From the IMG/VR virus record IMGVR_UViG_3300000297_000070, positions 1 through 5,829 of that record: 5,829 nt of DNA; one strand, given 5' to 3'. The position numbers and the translations under genes were made by a program. This DNA is from a virus. This document shows, piece by piece, positions 1 to 3,969 of this stretch (positions are counted from its first letter, which is position 1; every line of letters starts with the position of its first letter). The notes beneath the pieces were generated by a model that was not told the DNA's origin, ran no database searches, and worked only from the letters and a program-made list of their open reading frames with translations.

Positions 1-52
1 CGGGTTTGCGCTTCCGTCATGAAAGCTGTTTATATAGATGCTCGTTTTTTCT
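1..52. repeat. Terminal direct repeat, copy 1 (assembly overlap of a circular molecule)
   Basis: CGGGTTTGCGCTTCCGTCATGAAAGCTGTTTATATAGATGCTCGTTTTTTCT is identical to 5778-5829, compared base by base. Confidence 0.95.
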
Positions 53-768
53 GTGTAATTTTCGTCTGTGTATCCCGTCACCGTTGCATTACCTGTCAGG
101 TTGATTTCCACAGGATCAGATTTTAACGGCGAGGGCAAACAGGATGTGAAGTAGTCGTGGAATTTTCCAGCTTTTGCCGGTTTCATTCCGTATAGTGCTC
201 CTTCGTTCATGTTCGTTGTTTTTTCCGGGTCGTTGGCGCTATATTTGATGTCTGTCGTTCCATCTCCCGCTGGGATTCCGCCTTCGTCGGTTTTTTTATA
301 GCCTAGCATTAACGGTGCTTCAAGGTTTTCATCCCTGAACCACTCGTTATAGATCATTGCGTAGGCGCGTGCCGGTAGTGCGTTTGCGGTGATTGTTTTG
401 TCTATGTTCGTAGGCAGTCCGAAATAATCGCCGATGCTCCCGTTTTGGATTCCCTTTGCTACTCCAAATTGGCAAGTCGGCGTGCTGTATTCGGTTTTTT
501 CTGCCCAATAGTCGGTGTTATTTTCGCCGAACATATTTTCCCAGTGTTCCCACAGCAGACGGCACGGAACAAAGAAGAAATAGGTATCCATGTAGCAGTT
601 ATCCATGATAGGATAGATAGGCGTGCTCATACGGATAAGGCCGTTCAGGTGTACTTTTGCGGTATCGCCCGGCAACACTTCGTCGCAGTAGATGGGTACC
701 AGGTCGCCTTCGTTGATGGTCGTCAACAGCTGGTGACTTCTGTCAAATTTGCTTCGCGGTCGTTCCAT
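1..768 (-). CDS. VP1: Major capsid protein, N-terminal 256 codons (continues across the circular junction into 5777..4881; 554 aa in total)
   Basis: ATG at 768-766. I checked all 256 minus-strand codons down to base 1 by hand and found no stop. Translation: MERPRSKFDRSHQLLTTINEGDLVPIYCDEVLPGDTAKVHLNGLIRMSTPIYPIMDNCYMDTYFFFVPCRLLWEHWENMFGEN... This is the N-terminal signature of Microviridae F/VP1 capsid proteins (RSxFDxSH, TT, G-L-P, EVLPGDT). The ORF is missing from the track because it runs off the window edge. Confidence 0.95.
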   Translation of the reverse strand, partial: MERPRSKFDRSHQLLTTINEGDLVPIYCDEVLPGDTAKVHLNGLIRMSTPIYPIMDNCYMDTYFFFVPCRLLWEHWENMFGENNTDYWAEKTEYSTPTCQFGVAKGIQNGSIGDYFGLPTNIDKTITANALPARAYAMIYNEWFRDENLEAPLMLGYKKTDEGGIPAGDGTTDIKYSANDPEKTTNMNEGALYGMKPAKAGKFHDYFTSCLPSPLKSDPVEINLTGNATVTGYTDENYTEKTSIYINSFHDGSANP

Positions 769-793
769 TCGCGGCACTTGCGCGAAATGGTTC

Positions 794-1219
794 TCACTGT
801 TTCTGTTCGTTGTCCTTCACCTCCTCCTTTTTTTCTTCCTCTTTTGGCTTCGGCTGTTCGGTCTGCTGCATCTGTTTCAGCTGTTCCATTGTTTCGGCTG
901 CAGCCTCTACCTTTTCGTGCATCGTCATGATGTCCTTCGGCAGATTTTCGAAGTCAGTTCCTTCGGTGTACATCATGCTCTTTGCCTTGATACTGGTGTC
1001 TCCCGCTTCCAGCCGTGCGATTGCGCTTGCAAGGTCGTAGCCTTCGCCCGCTCGCTGGATTTTCTCGTATGTGTTTTCGTTCGGCTGTTTGATGTAGTCG
1101 GTAGTGCCGTTCGGTCGCTTGACTGCTTTCCACGTTGGTGCGGTCTTGCTACCCGGATTGTTTATCACTCGTTCTGTTGGTAGTCCGTAGTACCTTACCA
1201 GTGCATTAGGATTTAACAT
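794..1219 (-). CDS. 141-aa protein immediately upstream of the capsid gene; probable internal scaffolding protein (VP3-like), with a Glu/Lys-rich C-terminal tail
   Basis: ATG at 1219 is preceded by GAAGGAGACGACCA (strong SD, 7-nt spacing). TGA at 796-794. It overlaps the upstream gene by 14 nt. Every ATG on this strand inside it is in frame. Its size, position next to VP1 and acidic tail (EQPKPKEEEKKEEVKDNEQKQ) fit a microvirus scaffold. I cannot confirm homology by eye. Confidence 0.7.
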   Translation of the reverse strand: MLNPNALVRYYGLPTERVINNPGSKTAPTWKAVKRPNGTTDYIKQPNENTYEKIQRAGEGYDLASAIARLEAGDTSIKAKSMMYTEGTDFENLPKDIMTMHEKVEAAAETMEQLKQMQQTEQPKPKEEEKKEEVKDNEQKQ

Positions 1220-1460
1220 TGGTCGTCTCCTTCAGGTCGATGAGTCGTGCGATGTGTTCAGGCATTGCCTCGCTCATGTAGCCGTTTTCGGTGTCGAATT
1301 CGCCCAGTTCTACGAGTGAAATATCTTCGATTTCACTCGGTTTGCTTTCGTTGGCCTTCCATCGTGCCGTTCGCACTGCCTGTGCTCTGTTGTTCTGCAG
1401 AAACGGCTGTGAGTAGCCGTTGGTCAATGCATCGTGGAATGAATAGAATTTCAGTTTCAT
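1206..1460 (-). CDS. 84-aa conserved small microvirus non-structural protein (VP5-like family)
   Basis: ATG at 1460 is preceded by AAAGGAGAAAAAC. TAA at 1208-1206. The pattern MKLKFYSFHDALTNGYSQPF...A.R...... LVELGEFDTENG matches, from memory, the F-S-x-D...PF...LxELGxFDxxxG pattern of small proteins annotated as non-structural in gokushovirus-like genomes. Confidence 0.75.
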   Translation of the reverse strand: MKLKFYSFHDALTNGYSQPFLQNNRAQAVRTARWKANESKPSEIEDISLVELGEFDTENGYMSEAMPEHIARLIDLKETTNVKS

Positions 1461-1471
1461 GTTTTTCTCCT

Positions 1472-1588
1472 TTACTCTTTGTCTTTGCTTGCATCCTTCA
1501 GCGCGTGGTAGATTTCGTCGAGCTTTTCAAGGATATTCATCATTAGCGCGATTGCTTCCTTGACGTCCTTGACCTTGATCAGTGCCAT
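1472..1588 (-). CDS. 38-aa hypothetical protein (MALIKVKDVKEAIALMMNILEKLDEIYHALKDASKDKE), predicted helical
   Basis: Not in the ORF track because it is too short. ATG at 1588 is preceded by AAAGGAGATGAATTA (SD, 8-nt spacing). Its TAA at 1474-1472 sits inside the SD region of the next gene. It fills an otherwise empty gap in a tightly packed genome. Confidence 0.5.
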   Translation of the reverse strand: MALIKVKDVKEAIALMMNILEKLDEIYHALKDASKDKE

Positions 1589-1619
1589 TAATTCATCTCC
1601 TTTCTTTGGTTTGTGTCGC

Positions 1620-1736
1620 TTACAGCCGGATACCGCCCCGCGATACCTTCGGTCGTACGTTGATGTTTTTTACCCGCTTTGCAGTCTGGGTAAAGCGCTT
1701 CTGGTCGCCTCGACCCGCTCCGCTTCTGTGTGCCAT
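1620..1736 (-). CDS. 38-aa highly basic DNA-binding/packaging protein (phiX174 J / gokushovirus VP8-like)
   Basis: Not in the ORF track. ATG at 1736 is preceded by AAAGGAGTAAACAA. TAA at 1622-1620. Sequence: MAHRSGAGRGDQKRFTQTAKRVKNINVRPKVSRGGIRL. It has 11 Arg/Lys and 1 acidic residue in 38 aa, and the C-terminal RGGxRL-type ending is typical of small microvirus DNA-condensing proteins. Confidence 0.75.
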   Translation of the reverse strand: MAHRSGAGRGDQKRFTQTAKRVKNINVRPKVSRGGIRL

Positions 1737-1882
1737 TTGTTTACTCCTTTATGTGTTTTTTCTGTTTCGATCATCATTTGTTTTTTTGGTCTGGTCTCGT
1801 ACATTCCATGATTTCATTGTTGATTTTCCTTTCCAGATTATGGCGTCATTTGATTACCGCTTGATTCTGATACGTTCCATTG

Positions 1883-2275
1883 TTACATCCCCTTTCTGTA
1901 TTTTTTCCCGGTTCGCACATCAAAGTGCACCCAAGTGTTGTATACGATAATGCCGCATTCATCCGGGACGATATCATTCAGCTTGTTGGCAAGTTCTTTT
2001 GCGCTCATGCCATCGACTCGGATATCTGCTGCCATACCGCGCATGTGGTAGCTGTATTTTGCTCCGTTGCATTTTTTGTTCCACTCTGGTGTTCTGTATC
2101 CGCTGGTGATAATGACTGGTTTCCCTATTTTATGTCGGAGGATGTCCAGAACGTTATACAAGTAGTCATCTATGAATACTATCGGACTACCGTCTTTACA
2201 TGCAAATTCTTTTACTTTGAAGTGTCTTGCAAGTTGTACATTTCCGTCTGTGTTCATGATATAACTTTTAAGCAT
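1883..2275 (-). CDS. Zinc D-Ala-D-Ala carboxypeptidase-fold peptidoglycan peptidase (Peptidase M15A / M15_3-like), putative lysin
   Basis: Motifs read directly from the translation: FKVKEFACKDGS, then SGYRTPEWN...SYHMRGMAADI (H-x6-D zinc ligands), then WVHFDV (third His). This is the M15A/VanY-like signature. I prefer the ATG at 2275, with GAGGAG 11 nt upstream. The track's start at 2284 is a TTG that overlaps the stop of the preceding ORF (TTGA). TAA at 1885-1883. There is no N-terminal signal peptide or TM segment. Confidence 0.9.
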   Translation of the reverse strand: MLKSYIMNTDGNVQLARHFKVKEFACKDGSPIVFIDDYLYNVLDILRHKIGKPVIITSGYRTPEWNKKCNGAKYSYHMRGMAADIRVDGMSAKELANKLNDIVPDECGIIVYNTWVHFDVRTGKKYRKGM

Positions 2276-2280
2276 TTTTG

Positions 2281-2442
2281 TCAATTCTCCTCTATTTTAT
2301 TTATCTTCCATTGGCTTATAATGTCATTCTTGGTCCAGATAAGACACTTTGCAAGTTTTTTGCTTTCTGCTAGTGTGTGACGGATTTCCTTTTTGCCTGT
2401 TTTTTTGTTTGTCATTTCGATTTTGTAACTTTTTAGTGTCAT
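2281..2442 (-). CDS. 53-aa lysine-rich hypothetical protein (MTLKSYKIEMTNKKTGKKEIRHTLAESKKLAKCLIWTKNDIISQWKINKIEEN)
   Basis: Not in the track. ATG at 2442 is preceded by GCGAGGTGCTCAGA (SD GAGGTG, 7-nt spacing). Its TGA at 2283-2281 lies 5 nt upstream of the peptidase ATG. Its start overlaps the stop of the 60-aa ORF as ATGA. A strong promoter-like element sits about 30 nt upstream. Confidence 0.55.
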   Translation of the reverse strand: MTLKSYKIEMTNKKTGKKEIRHTLAESKKLAKCLIWTKNDIISQWKINKIEEN

Positions 2443-2621
2443 TCTGAGCACCTCGCTTTCTTTTCTGATTCTATTATATCACATGTCAATATGCTTTTCC
2501 ATGATTTTGCCGTTTTGTAATAAAATTGTAACCTTCTCTTGTAACCCGGTTTTGCTCCTTTGTTTTGAAAGCGCTTTAGCGCCTTGCCGTATGGAGCGCA
2601 GCGGAATACGGCTAAATCCAT
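2439..2621 (-). CDS. 60-aa basic hypothetical ORF between rep and the peptidase cassette (weakly supported)
   Basis: ATG at 2621, and its stop overlaps the next ORF's start as ATGA (2442-2439). Against it: AAGGA abuts the ATG, so SD spacing is poor, and the predicted promoter for the downstream genes lies inside it. It may be non-coding leader or regulatory DNA. Confidence 0.3.
   Translation of the reverse strand: MDLAVFRCAPYGKALKRFQNKGAKPGYKRRLQFYYKTAKSWKSILTCDIIESEKKARCSE
2449..2463 (-). repeat. 15-nt leader repeat, copy 1 (minus sense AAAGAAAGCGAGGTG)
   Basis: Plus-strand CACCTCGCTTTCTTT is identical to 3678-3692. This copy supplies the SD of the 53-aa ORF, downstream of the TATAAT box. 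Confidence 0.8.
2473..2501 (-). promoter_or_regulatory. Sigma70/SigA-type promoter with extended -10, driving the 53-aa ORF and the peptidase
   Basis: The minus strand reads TGGAAA-(17 nt)-TATAAT, and the spacer ends in TGa, giving TGaTATAAT (extended -10). The -10 maps to + 2478-2473 and the -35 to + 2501-2496. The SD and ATG of the 53-aa ORF follow about 25-30 nt downstream. Confidence 0.45.
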
Positions 2622-2642
2622 TCCTTTTTAGCGCTGTGCGCG

Positions 2643-3647
2643 TCATGCTTTTGGTTCACGCCACTTTTGCCTTAGCTTGTCCTTTTCTTTCTGAATGTTG
2701 AGATAGGTTTCATAATCTACGTTTGTGCTCTGTTCGAGATTGACTAAACTTTGTATTGCGTTGCGTCTGCGTCTGGCTCTAACCTCTCTCAGCTCGTCAG
2801 AATGTGCCTTAAAATAGCTTTCTGTGTCTTGGCTGGTATCCTTATCTAGAATCTTATCAAAATAGCGTGGAGGCCTTTTCTCGCGTCCTCCCGCGCATAT
2901 GATGCTATCTGTTTTCATGATTTCATCTTTGTGTTCTTTTAGATACTTTTCGCCGATACCTTTTGACATGATTCGGAACTCTGGCTCTCTTCCTTCCATC
3001 CAGTATTTTGCCGTTTGTTCTGCTCCTATGGCTTTTTTGTTGACGTACTGCGCTACGTATGCAAAACTTCCCGGTTGTGCTGGTGAAAAGTCGATCATGC
3101 CCTTTCCCCAGATTTTTTCTAGCCACTCGCTTTTAAAGTAGCTGTTGCCCTTTTGGTTTTTATACCATTGTGCGTCCGGTGGCTTCAGTCCAAATACTAT
3201 TGCATGGTAGTGCGGTCGTTTTGTTCTGTCACCATATTCGGCTGCTAGGAAATATTTTATTGGCTTCTTGTATGCTTTCCGTAGCCGTTTTAAAAATAGC
3301 TGCACGTCTCGTTTGCTCACTGTTTGGCTTTGAATGCTTCTGTATCCTTTAATGATCTCGCCGTATGGGATGTGCTCATCGTCATATGTCAGCGTTAGAA
3401 AAATTATATCGTCCCATTCTTTTGCTTCTAGCTCTATTCTGGTTGCCCATTGGTCAGCCATCTGTTTGCGGCAGTACTCGCATTTACCGCATGGTAATAA
3501 TGCGAATTTTCCTTTTTTGATTCCGTCCATGATGTCCGTTTGTAGTCCTTGCTTTGATAGGTTCTCCAGACTTCCCCATAGCTGTGGTTTTTTCGTGTCC
3601 ATCTGAAATACTAATGGTTTTGTACATGGCATTTTTGTTACCGGCAC
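2643..3647 (-). CDS. VP4: Rolling-circle replication initiator, HUH-Y2 endonuclease (phiX174 A / gokushovirus VP4)
   Basis: Motif 1 is FLTLTY. Motif 2 is RPHYHAIVFG (HUH). Motif 3 is YVAQYVNKK, nearly identical to the phiX174 A active-site YVAKYVNK as I recall it. A CGKCEYC cluster lies upstream. TGA at 2645-2643. The track's start at 3647 is GTG, with AAGGAAG 5 nt upstream. An alternative ATG at 3632 gives MPCTKPL... but has no SD. Confidence 0.95.
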   Translation of the reverse strand: MPVTKMPCTKPLVFQMDTKKPQLWGSLENLSKQGLQTDIMDGIKKGKFALLPCGKCEYCRKQMADQWATRIELEAKEWDDIIFLTLTYDDEHIPYGEIIKGYRSIQSQTVSKRDVQLFLKRLRKAYKKPIKYFLAAEYGDRTKRPHYHAIVFGLKPPDAQWYKNQKGNSYFKSEWLEKIWGKGMIDFSPAQPGSFAYVAQYVNKKAIGAEQTAKYWMEGREPEFRIMSKGIGEKYLKEHKDEIMKTDSIICAGGREKRPPRYFDKILDKDTSQDTESYFKAHSDELREVRARRRRNAIQSLVNLEQSTNVDYETYLNIQKEKDKLRQKWREPKA

Positions 3648-3674
3648 AAGCTTCCTTGTCTATCTTGTGCCGGT
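3640..3674 (-). promoter_or_regulatory. 11-bp perfect hairpin enclosing the rep SD (in the loop) and the GTG start (in the 3' arm)
   Basis: The minus strand reads ACCGGCACAAG-ATAGACAAGGAAG-CTTGTGCCGGT. The arms are + 3640-3650 and 3664-3674, with a 13-nt loop. I checked the arms base by base. Confidence 0.6.
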
Positions 3675-3677
3675 TGA

Positions 3678-3692
3678 CACCTCGCTTTCTTT
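3678..3692 (-). repeat. 15-nt leader repeat, copy 2 (minus sense AAAGAAAGCGAGGTG), just upstream of the rep hairpin
   Basis: Identical to 2449-2463. On the coding strand it is preceded by the AT-rich stretch GTTAATATATA (possible -10). Confidence 0.8.
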
Positions 3693-3727
3693 ATATATTA
3701 ACTTGTTGTAGTCGTAGTAGTAGTAGC

Positions 3728-3893
3728 GTTGAAAGTGTTGAAAACTCGTTTTTTTAACGTTACTATGTTTATTTATTGTCTTTTTGCTTGTTGAAAACTT
3801 TGTTGAAAACTTGTTGAATTGTTGAATGTTCGTCATTTTGACGAATTTCTTTGTGCAACTTGTTGTTGAAAACCTGTTGAAAGTGTTGAAAAC
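3728..3893. repeat. Iteron-like array: nine GTTGAA-core repeats (coding sense TTCAAC, mostly GTTTTCAAC) in three clusters
   Basis: GTTGAA starts at 3728, 3737, 3790, 3802, 3813, 3821, 3865, 3876 and 3885. Spacing within clusters is 8-12 nt. A perfect 20-bp direct repeat GTTGAAAGTGTTGAAAACTC occurs at 3728-3747 and 3876-3895. AACTTGTTG occurs at 3700, 3808 and 3857. Scanning by eye, I found no GTTGAA or TTCAAC elsewhere in the window. Confidence 0.85.
3829..3845. other. Small hairpin TTCGTCA-TTT-TGACGAA between iteron clusters
   Basis: 7-bp perfect inverted repeat with a 3-nt loop. A stem this short is expected by chance several times per genome, so only its position is suggestive. Confidence 0.35.
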
Positions 3894-3934
3894 TCAAGTT
3901 TTCCACATTCTCTATTTTTTGGATTATTGTTGCT

Positions 3935-3961
3935 AAAAAGGGGGATGTTTTGCCACCCCCC
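3935..3961 (-). terminator. Rho-independent terminator after the pilot gene (end of the main transcription unit)
   Basis: The minus strand reads GGGGGGTG-GCAAAA-CATCCCCC followed by TTTTT. In RNA this is an 8-bp stem with one G.U pair. It begins 8 nt after the TAA at 3972-3970. Confidence 0.75.
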
Positions 3962-3969
3962 TTCCTTTC

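Noticed and set aside
1-52. The terminal 52-nt direct repeats as transposon or LTR-like ends, or as true terminal redundancy.
   Set aside because: The repeat lies inside the capsid reading frame, and joining the ends restores one continuous, full-length capsid gene. This is the pattern of an assembler overlap on a circular genome.
1749-1817. 22-aa basic ORF (MKSWNVRDQTKKTNDDRNRKNT) and an overlapping 44-aa ORF starting at 1804, both in the 146-nt gap between the peptidase and the J-like gene.
   Set aside because: The 22-aa ORF has only a weak AAAGGAAAA about 9 nt upstream and is too short to assess. The 44-aa ORF has no SD and overlaps the J-like gene out of frame. The gap may simply be leader sequence.
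2586-2612. Hairpin GCCGTAT-(13 nt)-ATACGGC downstream of rep, plus the nearby small GCGC palindromes.
   Set aside because: A 7-bp stem with a large loop is expected several times by chance in 5.8 kb. No T-run follows it on the coding strand, so it is not a convincing terminator.
2923-3126. 67-aa extremely basic minus-strand ORF overprinted inside rep.
   Set aside because: It starts at a GTG with no SD. Its Arg/Lys richness is what an alternative frame of an A-rich gene produces. I recognise no motif. It could only be rescued by showing frame conservation in relatives.
3708-3726. GTA/TAG trinucleotide microsatellite (GTAGTCGTAGTAGTAGTAG) at the edge of the repeat region.
   Set aside because: There are only about four perfect units. 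It is probably a by-product of the low-complexity intergenic sequence, and no specific function can be argued.
3856-3862. CAACTTG, identical to the left half of the phiX174 gene A nick-site sequence (CAACTTG/ATATTAATAAC). A loosely similar CAACAAGTTAATATATAA lies on the coding strand at about 3692-3709.
   Set aside because: The exact heptamer is on the non-coding strand, whereas Rep should nick the viral, coding-sense strand. A given 7-mer is expected about 0.7 times in 11.6 kb of two-strand sequence. The coding-strand resemblance is only compositional. It is worth testing in a nicking assay but is not evidence on its own.
3728-3893. CRISPR array interpretation of the GTTGAA repeats.
   Set aside because: The repeat units are only 6-9 nt long and are separated by 0-6 nt within clusters. 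There are no spacer-length unique segments and no cas genes. The setting is a 5.8-kb phage genome.
3899-3907. TTTTCCACA, which matches the relaxed DnaA-box consensus TTWTNCACA, next to the repeat array.
   Set aside because: It is a single copy. I estimate about 0.35 chance matches per window on two strands. DnaA-dependent origins normally carry clusters of boxes.
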